The notes: generated by a model from the sequence alone, not told the origin. A DNA stretch of 63,935 nucleotides, filler included, from Reticulomyxa filosa (GCA_000512085.1; 14 parts of 14 records of this genome joined end to end with filler, not necessarily neighbours in it), one strand, 5' to 3'; numbered from the whole stretch's first letter, positions 39,804 through 52,325 are shown. A program made the numbers and translations.

Positions 39804-41581
39804 ATGTCTTCATCTTCGCGAAGTCCATCAGCATCGACTACCTCAAAGCATGAGGTGCATGAAGAGATAAAAGAAAATGATGAGATAATAGCAATGTTGG
39901 AAGAGAATTTAATATTGAGTGATGAAGAATTGCAAGAGGACATCCTGACTGACGACGAAGAGAAAGAAGAGCCAAAAGAGGGTAAAAGTGAGAAAAAGAA
40001 GGAGCTGCCTTTGCCATCGCCAAGATCGCAGCTGCGACGTCGTTCGACATTGATCAAGAAGGAAGCGTTTGCAATCGACGGATCAAAGAAAAAGGCAAGT
40101 AGGCAGTTGTTAATACTGGACGACGACAACAGCAACAGCAATAAGGAAGTGAAATCAAATGAGAAAGAGAAAGAAAAGACGAAAGAGAAAGAAGAAGAGG
40201 AGGAGGAGGAGGAGACGAATGGAAATAGCACCAATAAAAATGAGTTGAAACGTAAGGCGATAGTGGACGAGATAATAAGCACAGAAAAGAATTACGTGGA
40301 AGGTTTGCGATGTTTGCAAAACGAGTTTGTGGATGTGTTTTTCAAGGAAGGTATGATCGACCCCAAGTTCAAACATATAATCGAAAGCAACCTGCCTTCG
40401 TTGGTATCGTTCCACGGCCTGTTCTACGAGGAAATGGAATCGAACCGAGATAACATTAGCCACGTGTTTTGCAAGCCCGAAACGGCGGCGTGCTTGAAAT
40501 TGTATATTCAATACGTCTCCAACTATGGCAGCGCCTTGGATGTGTTCGCCTCTCCGACTTTGCGCAACAAAAAAACTTGCAGAAATATCTGAACAAACAA
40601 CGCAAGCAACACAAGGTCTTTGCCAACTTGTACGTGCTGCCCATACAACGCTGTCCGCGATATCTCCTGCTTTTGCAAGAACTCATCTCACACACACCGC
40701 CCACTCACAAAAGCTACGCCGAACTTCTCACCGCTTGCGACAAAATCAATGAAATTTGCACACTCATCAATGAGCGAAAACGCGAACTCGAAAACATGAA
40801 CACTTGTTTGTCCATTTCCACCAAACTTAAAGATCTCAATATTACTCTTATCGAACCCAATCGCAAATTTCTTGTACGGTTTTTTTTTTTTTTTTTTTTA
40901 AAAAAAAATATATATATATATTATTGTATAATTTATATAAATATATATATATATTTATATATGTATATGTGGCATACATTACATAGATTGGGTCTTTTTC
41001 AACGGACCTTTGCCGGAAACGAAATCGAAATCGAAGCTAAAAAAACATCCGCTGCGACTTGTTTTTGTCTTTTCCGATTTGGTGATTTTGGCAAATGAAA
41101 AGTGGAAAGTGAAAAAAATCGTGGAAATGAGAACGATTGATGTACGACTTGGAAAACATGAAAGAGAAGTCCTTTTATGTGCTATCACCGGCCGAAAGCC
41201 TGAAGTTTTGAGGTTTTCGGTTTTTTTTTTGTTTTGTTTTATTTTGTTTTTTTTTCACATACGCATACACCTCCCTTTTTTTTTTTTTGTAAAGTGTTGC
41301 TTTTTGATTGGGTCCTCTCCCACGAATTTGAATGTGTCCATAGCTCTCATAACAAAGATGATGTCAAAGAGTTTATCACGTTGATCAACAAAAATCGTGA
41401 AAAATATCACGACGACAGAGCACGCCCTTCTCGAAGTGGAAATGCAATGTTGAAAGAATTGGCTGGGCTGCAGAGCACTTCTCCTTCTTCGAAGGAACAC
41501 GGTGGAAATCAACTATTAGTAAAAATGAAAAAATCCAGTGATAGATCCACTCTATCCGTCTTTGACAAGGTCAAACAGTAA
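39804..41581 (+). CDS. Dbl-family RhoGEF (DH-PH) with an acidic N-terminus; apparent frameshift in an A7 run at 40569-40575
   Basis: RKAIVDEIISTEKNYVEGL, LKLYIQYVSNY, LPIQRCPRYLLLLQELISHTP, INERKR, PH motif FVFSDLVILA. Confidence 0.93.
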
Positions 41582-42359
41582 ATCGATTTATAATGGCTTT
41601 TTTTTTCTCTTCTTTTTCATTTTGTGCGGATCACCCTTTTTTTTCTTTTTTTTTTCTTGTGTAAAAAAAAAAAAGAAATAACATTGTTTTTTTCAATAAG
41701 AACATCCTTAAAACCGATTTTTACGTTTGCTTTTTTTTTTGTTTCCTTTTTTTTTTTGATCTGTTTCTTTTGATGTTAATTCATTGATTTGTTGCTTGGA
41801 CTATGATATTGCCTTGAAGACGATGTGTGTATCCAAACCAAGGCAATATTTGTGAATTTATGTAATCTCTGGAAGCTTTTGTTTTGTCAACTGTGATACA
41901 CCAACTTTCCAAATACATCATATTTTTGAAATCTTGTTTAATATTTTTGTTTTTATCTTTCAGTTTTTATTGCAGTAATACCCCCATAGAACAGACCCAA
42001 AATTTTTTGAAATTGGTTGTACAATTCTAAAAATCTGGCATCTTACAATGCTCCTTGATTTGTATAATATTTGAAATTAAAGACGCCAATTATTTTGGGA
42101 GATTTTAACTCTTTATTGTTCTCAAAATGAATTTTCTATAAATTGAGCAGACGATTTGTTTAAGAACTAAAGCGAGCAAGTGAAAACTAATCTTCAGCAC
42201 AAACAAAAAATAATTATATGTCAAAGATACAATAAATAAAAACGAAATTTGAAATATCTTTCCAAATAATAATAAACAGCCAAAAAAAAACGAATGTTAA
42301 AAATTAAAAGAGATAAAACAGTTTGAAAATTGTGTTTTCCGATATCATCACATATACAA

Positions 42360-42394
42360 ACAATCAATAAAAAAGGGTCTTTTTTATTGATTGT
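42360..42394. other. Perfect 16-bp inverted repeat with a 3-nt loop
   Basis: ACAATCAATAAAAAAG-GGT-CTTTTTTATTGATTGT. Confidence 0.8.
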
Positions 42395-42483
42395 CGAGGC
42401 AGGAAAAAATTAGTATTCTTATTTTGTTTTTGGATTTTTTTTTCTACATACAAAATCAGTAGCACAACGTTAATTTAAAAAAA

Positions 42484-43011
42484 TTAAATATTTGCATGAT
42501 CCAACGCCACATGTGCAATCAATTCTATTCCATTATCGAAAGATTGTCCACACCCTTCGCACTTTTGTATCCAAACGTTAGCCTGGCTCGCTTCGTTTTC
42601 ACTCGTGCGTACGGTGTGAGTACTATCTTGTGCACAGGAGGAATCAGATGAAGGCGAACTTGAGACATGAGGACTGCAAGAGACTTGATTGTGAATGGCA
42701 TTGCTATTTGGCCACATACTCTGTTTCAAATGCTTGCCAACGACATGCTTGTTCAAATAGAATAGCTTTGAATATTTTTTGTTGCAATAGGGACAGAAAT
42801 AACATTTTTTGGTGGTGACAGTGGATGGAATCGATAAGATATCATTTAACATTTGTTCGTCAATGTTGTCATGTATCTTGGAAAGGCGTGAGTTTGTTGT
42901 GTGGTTACTTATGCTTTCATATTGTTCAAATCCAAGGTTAGTATGGTAGTTAAGATTTGGCGGATTGACATAGCTCATGTGTTTTTGGGATTGACCATTA
43001 TCCGTGTAATT
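42484..43011 (-). CDS. C2H2 zinc-finger protein, 3' part (likely 5'-truncated)
   Basis: CPYCNKKYSKLFYLNKHVVGKH and CEGCGQSFDNGIELIAHVALDH. Confidence 0.8.
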   Translation of the reverse strand, partial: NYTDNGQSQKHMSYVNPPNLNYHTNLGFEQYESISNHTTNSRLSKIHDNIDEQMLNDILSIPSTVTTKKCYFCPYCNKKYSKLFYLNKHVVGKHLKQSMWPNSNAIHNQVSCSPHVSSSPSSDSSCAQDSTHTVRTSENEASQANVWIQKCEGCGQSFDNGIELIAHVALDHANI

Positions 43012-43111
43012 NNNNNNNNNNNNNNNNNNNNNNNNNNNNNNNNNNNNNNNNNNNNTTAATTAATTAANNNNNNNNNNNNNNNNNNNNNNNNNNNNNNNNN
43101 NNNNNNNNNNN
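43012..43111. other. Artificial contig linker
   Basis: N44-TTAATTAATTAA-N44. Confidence 0.98.
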
Positions 43112-46100
43112 CATTATTCATATTTGTTCAGCAACAAATACTTTACCTCAATGATTGGATCCAAGCAATTTACAATGGATTGCATTGTGTGGAATCAACT
43201 CTGCCAATATGCATTTCACTACGCAAATGCCAAAGACAAGCACAACTTCAGTTGTTTCTTTGTCAGTTGTTTGTTGAGGTCGATCGATCATATGTTTCAT
43301 ACCTTTGGCTTCATTCATCGTCTTCATCGGCCCGTTATTCGAACTTTGCTGGTCGTCTTTTCTTCTGATTTTTTCAAACTCCAGGTTTTGTTTTTCCATT
43401 GTTATATTTTATAATAATGTCTGTATTGCATTAATCACATACTAACAAAAATAATAACAATAACAATAATAACAAGCTACTCCAAAGTAATGTATTTGAC
43501 AATATGAATGTGACTTCTCTTTTGCCGAAATCATTGGAAGGCTCCCAATTTGAATGGGACTCTTTTTTTGGTGCGTTTCTGAAGTTTACATTTATGCCGT
43601 TTATCAACTCTTTGCAAGAATTTGGGCCATCACTGTCGCATTTGAGGCATCCCAACGCGGTTCAATTGTCTCCCTTTCATAGAAATAGCAACATCCGCGC
43701 CACAATGGCCTCACCAATATCGGGTTTGTGGCCATCCTTCCATTTCGCCCCACATAACGCCATGAGATCCCATTCCATGGCCCAACTGTCTCATCGATCG
43801 CGGAGTCGATTGTTCGATCCATTTTTCACGCAAACCTTTCGATCTCAGTTTTTTTTTTTTTTTTTTTTTGTCTATTGTTTCTTCAAAGGGGTTTGTTTTT
43901 GTCATCGTTGCTGTTTTGCAAAGACGTAATTTCTTGGCGTGTTTACATACACAACATGAAAAGGGAGTTGGAAAGCAAAGAAAATGACATTGTTGGGATG
44001 CACGATCAATTGGAAGATGAAGAAGAGAACAATGAGGATAAGGAGGACGGGGATAACGATGATAATGGCAATGGTAATAATAATAGCAATGACAATGGCA
44101 ATAATAATAGCAATGACAATGGCAATAACAATGGTAATGACAATGACAACAAAAATGAATGGGATTGGTGTGGTGATTACGATGGTGAAAATGACGACGA
44201 GAATGAGGAAGAGGAGGACGAAAGTGGTTGTCCACGATCGTTCTTTTATGCAATCGAAGAATACAAGCATTATCTCGAAATGAGCAAACACAAAATCATT
44301 GACTTGTGGCGATTCGATCGCAACGACAGAGATTTGTTAACAACAGGCATTTCCAAGCATTGCGCGTCGCGGACAAGATTCCAAATGTATCTAATCAGCC
44401 AGTTTTACTTTGCTGGGGACGAGTCAATGGATATCAGTGTAACACAAAGTTCACTGGATGCGCGCCACGCCAATGCTTGCAAAAATGTATGGAAAACTAT
44501 CCTTCACACGTGGGTTGCTGCTGTTATTCAAAGTTTTGTGCGTTTTGAGTTTTGCTTGACTTATTATGTGTGTATCATTTTAGGAGTATTGTCTGTGCGA
44601 TTCACATTGTAGGAAACTTGAGTCGAACCCAGTTCCACAACCGTCTAGCAAACAGCGTTCATGAAATTAGCGATGGATTTGGCATTAACTTGGTCAACGT
44701 GTGTTGCGATATATTTCTGAAAATGATTGACGCAGTTTTGTGTGTGTGTGTATGTGTGGTTAATACCACGAGTATCCCCTCCTCTCTCTCCTCCTCCTTC
44801 CCCGAGCAATATGTGTCATGTGTCGACTGTTTAGGAAAATCTATCTCGCATTGATCCCTATTACTTTGTGTTCCCGCAGTACAATCGATTGCAGTTGCGA
44901 GACGAAGCTCGACTCGCAACCACCTACCAAGACATTACAATAATGTCGCGCAGTGATGAGTCGTTGCTACGTGATTGGACAGCCTATCGTAAAAGCAACT
45001 ACCTTCATCATGGCGTGCTTACGGACACAATTATATCTAATGTGCAGCATCAGCACAGAAGGCCATTGGTCAATATTTACAATCAACAGCAGCAGCAACA
45101 ACAACAACAACAACAACAACAACGTGTGAATGATGAACCATTGTCATGGCTGCCAAATGGAAAAGAGTATGCTTTCCATTTCTTACAATTGACAAGTCCA
45201 TCCCATTTTCAAATCATTTGCAATCGTTGCAAGAAATCGAAACAATCTTTTATTCATGTGTGTTTGTGTGATACTGATGACGACAACAAAACAACAAAAA
45301 TTGAAATGAATAAAATAAAATAAAATAAAAAAAATAAAAAGGGGATCCGTTATAAATGCACTTGCTGTAACGATTTTGATTTATGTGAAGAGTGCGAAGA
45401 GACAATGTATCTGGAATCGATTGGAATGGCAACTCCCATTGTGCACAAGTATATGGAATATCAATATAATAAAACGCCTCCCTCTTTGGCCCGCGTTAAT
45501 TGCTGTTACAATCAATGTCCGTTCCAACAATTGACCATTCAAGAGGTGATCCGACATATCCAAGAGATCCATTTTGACGATTCTAGAATTGTCTTGTGTC
45601 CGGTTTGTCAGATCGACGATGCCCCGCAGCAACATTTGCTTTCACAACCCGAGTTTTGTCCATGTCCCATTCATCCTTGCAAAACAACACACAATCACGT
45701 GATATACATTACAGTTTGATCAAGCATTTGGTCGACTGTCATCACTATGAGCACAATCATGCCACTCACGTCATGGTAAAGCTGCCATTGAACGTGATGC
45801 GATTCGGCCAAAAAGTGAAGCTCGGAGTGCTCCCAGTGGAATTGGATCACTCCTCGGACGCGCTTGTGGTGCAGTATTACCAAACCGCGCTCGAGCAAAC
45901 CCATCACAATCATGTCTCCTGCGTCCCATTGTGGCAATGGTACAAGCAACACGTTGTGCATCAAGATTTCAAGTGCTATGGTTGCGGAATGCAACCCATT
46001 CGAGGCATTCGTTTCACTTGTCTCAATTGTACTACCAATGCCAATATCAATATCAACAACATCGATACCAGTACCAATGACCCTTGCAGGTACAAAGTAA

Positions 46101-49100
46101 TCCAATATATATATGTATATATATCTGTAAAAATATTATTATAATTAATAATTAATAATTAATAATTAATAATAATAATAATAATACTTTGATTACAATT
46201 TGCAAATACAAAGTGGGAAAATAGACAACGATGCATCGTTTGTTGAATCTTTGGACAATGGGTTTCATTTGTGCTATGAATGTGAAATGAAGCACGTGAA
46301 GGGAATCACATGCAAGGACTTGTCATCGATAATGCATGACCCTCGCCACACGATGGTTGTCATACGCAAACCCATTTGCAAAGTGACATGGACAGACGAA
46401 GAGGACAAGCGTGACGTCCATAGCACCCGCAGCAGCAGAAGTGACTTGAGTCGATCGCAATTGCTGGACCAGTCCTCCTCTTTGTCCACACTTGTAGATC
46501 CAGGCAATGTGTTCTGGACCAGAGAGGAAGAGGACGGACGTGTACGTACTGCATCCATTCCACTACGTCCAATTGAGTTCCCGTTGCGTATGGGCTCGCA
46601 TGGTCCGCCTTCGGAAGACATGGCCCTCCGAGAGCAATGGTTGCATCAACAACATCAATCGCATCAACAACAACAACAACAACAACAAGAGATTAAATCT
46701 CCTATCGATGTTCACGAACACAAACAAGATGAAACCTCTTCCGCTGTTCCCTCAATTACAACGCAAGCACAACAACGACATCTGTTTCAACAAGATCGAC
46801 TCCTGTATTCTCATCTTATCTCCACCACTCCAGGATTTGACTTTCGATCTGAATGGTTTTTCCTCACCCTTTGCGTAGTTTATTACAGCTTGGCTCCCAT
46901 TGCTTTGCGATACACAGTTACGTTTTGGAATACATTACATTGTATTAATATTGTATTGTCTGTTTTTGATTTTTTTTTTTTGTAAAAAAAAAAGTGCAAT
47001 TGGGACCAAATGAATAGCTTTTACGCAAAGAGATTCAATCGCAAATGCAATTGTTGAACGGGTCAAGGGCAGATGATGAGTTACTGAAACAAATGCTGTT
47101 AAACAATTTACATCGACGCATTGGCTATGAGGCGGAATTGTGGAACCCACAAATCATCAACCGAGTTTGGGCCATATTTTCACTATTTAGCAAGTGGTTC
47201 ATTCTAAACTTGAAACGCAGATACGCAACCAAATTGGAAGTGCGTAAAAAACACATTCGAGAAAAGCAACTTCAATTGGTAGCCGATGGAGTACATTTGC
47301 CTAATTCCAATACCAATGCTAATGTCAATGTCAATGTCAATGTCAATGTCAATGTCAATATCAATGTCAATGTTGATACCACGGCAAATACAAATACAAG
47401 TACAAATGCAAGTACAAATGCAAGTGCAGATGAATATCAAAGATTAGAGGAAATGTATCAACAATTAACAGTGGAGGAAAACAATTTCATAAACAATTTG
47501 CCATCCAATTTGCCGCCGACGTTGGCGAGTCTGCCCGAGTTTATGGTGCTATTCGTCGCTCAGTACACTGCATTCATTGTCACGCACGAAGAATTGATCC
47601 AAAAAAAACAAACCAGTTCACCACAAATGGATCCCTTGCCAATGTTACAGCTTTTTGTCGTCTTGTTTCGTCAGCCATTGCTCATCAAGAATCCACACGT
47701 GCTTGCACAAGTTTATTTTGTTTTCATTTGTATCGTGCACAAATACACACGCATAAAAAAAAAATAAAAAACATTAGATATTGGAACATTTTTGCGAATG
47801 GACCACAATGCGCAAAAAAAAACACGCGGCATTTCGGCGAAGTTGGCTGCTTTCAACGTATATGACAGACTTTATGATCGGCTCGCTGTTGCATTTACAT
47901 GTGTCAATGGACAAACGAACAGCGCTGAAGCCGGTGAAAGTGCCCGTACGAAATAATGTCTGTCGATTGTTGCTATTGTTTTTGGACAAAGATCACTTGG
48001 AAGGTAATCCTTACAATGAATGTAGCAACCACATTTTGCGAAATATTTACAATGACCCTTTGGCATCCAGAGCACGTGTCGCCTTCGTGTCACACCTCAT
48101 GGATGACTTGACGTATATGTTTGACCAAACCTTGCATTTGCTCCATAGTACCATCCATTGTTATCAAGAGTATTTATTTATTGGAGAAATCCACCGCGAC
48201 AATCAACACAAGAAGCTATATTTGTATCAGCAGATTTTGCACGATGATCGCAGATGCAACACGTTTGTCCATTTAGTATTGAACTTGCTGCGAACCTTGG
48301 AATTGTGTGCGAGTTTGGAGTTCTTTCGAACTGATTGTTTGTTGAAAACCGAAGTGAGTAATCAAACTGCACAATTTTTGGTTTTCTATATGAACAAGAT
48401 TTACAAGTGTATTGAGACATTTGACAATTTGATTTCTGGTTAACTTTTTAATATTATTCATTGTTTTTATTTATTTATTTATTACTATTTTTTTTTTTTT
48501 TTTTTTTAAATGTTAAAAAAAAAAATTAAAAAAAATAGGTCACGTTCTTCAGTCGAAGAAACGCAAAGAATCAAATCAGAATGACATGGAATCGAAGGAC
48601 GACGAAAAGAAATACGAAGATTTTTCGCATCCCTCGAATGGCAATCTCAGCGTGAACAATAGTGGTTATATCGGCAGTCGAAATCGACGCTCCAGAACGA
48701 TATTCGAATTTGGAGGGCGTCGGTTCGATGTGAGTTTGGAGTGTGTGGATCACATGTACGAAGTGTTCTTGCACAAACACTACGAAACGACCAATCGCTT
48801 TTTGGCATTATTGACATTGACATTTTTCCATTTGAGCGATAGTCGCGTATTTCTAAAGTCGATTGCAAAGTGTGACCTCTTCCATCTGTCGTCTTTCGAA
48901 CATCTGTCGCTTCATGTGTTGCAATGGTATTTGTTTCAGTTCCGGGATTGCTGGAATGACACATACATCAGTCATAGAGATACCACGCCCGACACAGATA
49001 CTACGACTCAAGAATTGCAGCAAGACTCGAGTGACATTCAAAGAGTGATGGTGGAAAGCGAACACAGTTATGGAAATGAAATGAGCATTGGCAACGATCG

Positions 49101-49880
49101 CAGAAGGGCACATGACGACTTCCGACAATCGTTGCAGCGCGAATATAGTTCCAATTCCAATATGCGATCTGATGTCCGTATGACCACTATGACAACAGAG
49201 GAAAGCTCTGCTCGTCAAAACGAAAACAAAAAAGATGTTGAAAACCGGTGGACGTCCATGTTTCTGCCTAAGCGGCAAAACAAAATGAACAAATTTCCTA
49301 TACGTGAGGGTCTCTCCGAAGAGGAAAGATTGCAAAAAGAACAAAATATTAGGTACTTTTCTTTGTTTTCTTTTTTTTTTTCCCATTGTTGAGTTTATTT
49401 ATTGCAAAAAAAAAAAAAAAAAGAATACGTTATCGAACCGGAGCAGCACAGCGCATGAAAAAGTTTATTAAGTCCTCAAAATCCGGCTCGAAAAATGATA
49501 GCACAACAGAAGCTGGATTGTCGTCCATTATTGCCGAGAGACTAAAGAGCTTATGGCTGAATTTGCATTGTGCAATCGAAGAGCATCGACACGAAATCCA
49601 AAATTTGGACACTTTGGAAATACCTTTACGCTTTTTAGATCCATTAATGCATACGTTAATGGACGACCCCGTTTTGTTACCCTCTTCACAGGTCAATCTT
49701 GATCGAACCACTGTTATGCGTCATCTCCTGTCCAATCCCTTTGATCCTTTCACTCGTGCTCCACTTACAGAGCAAAGCTTAATTGACAATGTTCAGTTAA
49801 AAAGAGAAATCGTCGAGTTCAAAAAACGCCATATTAAGGCAAATATTTCGGGATCAGATGACGGGTTGGAGTTAGATTAA
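43112..49880 (+). CDS. Ufd2/UBE4-type U-box ubiquitin E4 ligase with an inserted ZZ, Di19-type C2H2 and second ZZ module (5'-truncated, many exons)
   Basis: U-box IPLRFLDPLMHTLMDDPVLLPSSQVNLDRTTVMRHLLSNPFDPFTRAPL; Ufd2P-core motifs FDFRSEWFFLTL, LPEFMV, IKNPHVLAQI, FVSHLMDDLTYMFDQTL; ZZ1 CNRC...GIRYKCTCCNDFDLCEEC; HIQEIH...VLCPVC...LIKHLVDCH; ZZ2 CYGCGMQPIRGIRFTCLNC...LCYEC...HDPRHTM. Confidence 0.88.
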
Positions 49881-50537
49881 AATCAAAATTGTTATTAAAT
49901 AAAATACAATACAATAAAAAACTTGTCAGAGTGTTTTTTTATTATTATTAATATTATTTTTAAAAGGATTGAATCCCTTAGTTGTCAACTTAATTAGTAC
50001 TCGTTCCCAAAAGCGATTGTATTCTATTTGTTTGGAAGAGTTACCAGGCCCAAATAATTTTTGCTTGTTGTGTGCTTGCCTTGTTTGCTACTCTCATTAT
50101 TATCCAGCCGTAATGGATTGCACAGATTTGATTGTTTTTTTTTAATGTTTTCCTGAAATGTTGTCTTCTTTTGGTTCGTGAAGCAAAATAAAACATACAA
50201 AAATTAGTAATCAGAAGTTTATAGAAAAAGTACTATTTTAACTTGCAAACACAACTGCGTATTATTTCATTGAAAAAAACATTATATGCGAGTCAACGCA
50301 ATTAAATGCCTTAAAAGCACTAATTGTAACACTTTTCAAGTTTAAGATTTTATTTGATAAATTTGCAAATGCTACCAGATAAATGGATCTATCGCTTAGA
50401 TTGAATAAGGAAGCAAAGATAAGAAAAATATCATGTTTCAAAGCATGAAACAGATTACGAAATAGAGGAGAAAAAAAGGAACAAATACGTCAAGAATTTG
50501 TTTAATTTAACAAAAAATAAAAAAAAAAGAGTCGCTT

Positions 50538-51454
50538 TCACAACTCTTCTTTGTGAAGTTTAGATGTGTCAACAAGCTGAAAAGCAAAGTCAAAACGTGG
50601 CCCTGTTTCAACTCCGGTATCACATGAAAATCCCTCAGCCAATACTTGATCAAGTTTCTGGTTTACTTCAGAAGAAAATGGTGCAATGCATCCTGGACAT
50701 TTGATATTCATTATTGTAACTTTGTGATTCGTTTGGATTGTTTCAGTGTTTTCCCAATCGTTGAAAGCCCATTTATCACTTTGCAATCTTATTTCCTGTC
50801 ATTAATTTGTATTTATATTTGTATTTGTATGATTTGGTGAATCAAGACAAGCACTAAAAAGCATAACCTGCAAACCACTATCATTGATATCGTGATAAGA
50901 TATTTTGTTGCAATCTGGTAACAACAGCAATTCATGATCTCTTCCATTTTTCCAAAACGCTGTCGTTGATAGACATTTATGCTTGAATGGAGCGAACGCA
51001 CTCTCCAGTTGTATATATGTATCATATGTTAACCATGTGGTTTCTGTTGGCTTATCTACGAATTTGTCACATTCTAACATTGAGTTATCGCAACAGTGCA
51101 AAATCCATTTGGATTGCTCCATATATTTTGGATCATCACATTTGGTAAGGTATATGCGTATCCCATTATCTAAATTCATATGCACATAATCATCATTGTC
51201 ATATACATGCTTGGAAGACAATGAGATTCCCTTTTCTACTTCATCATTTTTGTCGATGGCTGTTAGACATCTATTGGATGATAGGTGTCTCACTTGTACG
51301 ATTGGGTTGTTGCAAGGGATTTGCCGTGCGTCCTTGATCGAATTGTCTATATTTGCTTGTGATCTGAGGTGTCTCAAGTTTCCATACCCAAAACTTTCCA
51401 CCTGGGGCAAAATCGACACGATTACATAAAAACTAAAAAGATTACGCTCTTCAT
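50538..51454 (-). CDS. Secreted Cys-rich protein, ricin-B (beta-trefoil) lectin-like; 2 exons
   Basis: Signal peptide MKSVIFLVF[+1 T]YVIVSILPQVES; repeats VRHLSSNRCLT...LTKC...QSKW and IQLES...KCLS...LPDC. Confidence 0.55.
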
Positions 51455-51655
51455 TGTTTCGTTTTGCAAAAATAGTTTTTTTTAAATGTTTCCTTGGAGT
51501 TTTTAGCTTTTGTCGTTTGACCATTAAACATTTTTGGGCGAGTTTTACTATAATACAAAATTTGCATTGTATTTGATCTTTTTTTTCCCCAACCTCTTCG
51601 TTCACAAGTCAAAGGGGGCTTGCACTGACATTGCCAATAACAAAAAATCCTCGAA

Positions 51656-52113
51656 ATGTCACAATCTGAGTCTCCGCTCAATTCTCTGTTATTTGAGAGT
51701 TTATCTTCGTTTATTTCGCGAACAACGAAATTGTTAGAAATAGAGAAGAAAGATGACATAGCGTTAGTTCAAGAAGCGCAAGAAACTTTGACTTACAAGC
51801 AACTGAGTGAGCAAGGGATATGTCTTCGGCATGTGCAATGCATAAACATCCGAACAGGTTTATATGGCCGAACGATGTGCGATTTTGAAGTGAAGACAGA
51901 GCATAAATTCGGAGTCGGTGATTTGATACAGGTCATGGAATTGACAGGAAGCAATCATCCAAGTGCAGGAAGTGACCCGACAAAGAACGACACAAACAGC
52001 ACGGCCATTGTCTCAAAAAACAGTAGCACGACATTGCAAATTGTGTTTGAAGAGCCACCAAATGCACTGCAATTGGGTCATCGTTACACATTGATGTTGC
52101 TGATTGATACAAT
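51656..52113 (+). CDS. IGHMBP2: IGHMBP2/SMUBP-2 (Hcs1) SF1 helicase, first exon only
   Basis: FISRTTKLLEIEK..., KQLSEQGICL, RTGLYGRT, HKFGVGDLI match the IGHMBP2 N-terminus; contig ends in an intron. Confidence 0.85.
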
Positions 52114-52225
52114 GTAAAGACCATAACTTCAAAAACAACAACAAAAAAAAAAAAAAAAAAAATACGTATACTTTTTTTTTTTTTTTTTTTTTTTTTATAA
52201 ATTTAAAAAAAAAAAAAAAAAAAAA

Positions 52226-52325
52226 NNNNNNNNNNNNNNNNNNNNNNNNNNNNNNNNNNNNNNNNNNNNTTAATTAATTAANNNNNNNNNNNNNNNNNNN
52301 NNNNNNNNNNNNNNNNNNNNNNNNN
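52226..52325. other. Artificial contig linker
   Basis: N44-TTAATTAATTAA-N44. Confidence 0.98.

Noticed and set aside
40569-40575. Programmed ribosomal frameshift in the RhoGEF
   Set aside because: I saw no stimulatory structure, and the same one-base deficit recurs in unrelated homopolymers, so sequencing error is more parsimonious.
43711-44291. Cys/His-rich 'metallothionein-like' and hydrophobic ORFs on the minus strand
   Set aside because: They are antisense shadows of the Asn/Asp/Gly low-complexity insert of the + strand Ufd2-like gene.
47016-47018. Apparent in-frame TAG inside the Ufd2-like gene
   Set aside because: It is the 3' splice acceptor of a phase-0 intron starting at GTTACG (~46914); splicing gives ALRYT|LLRKEIQ.
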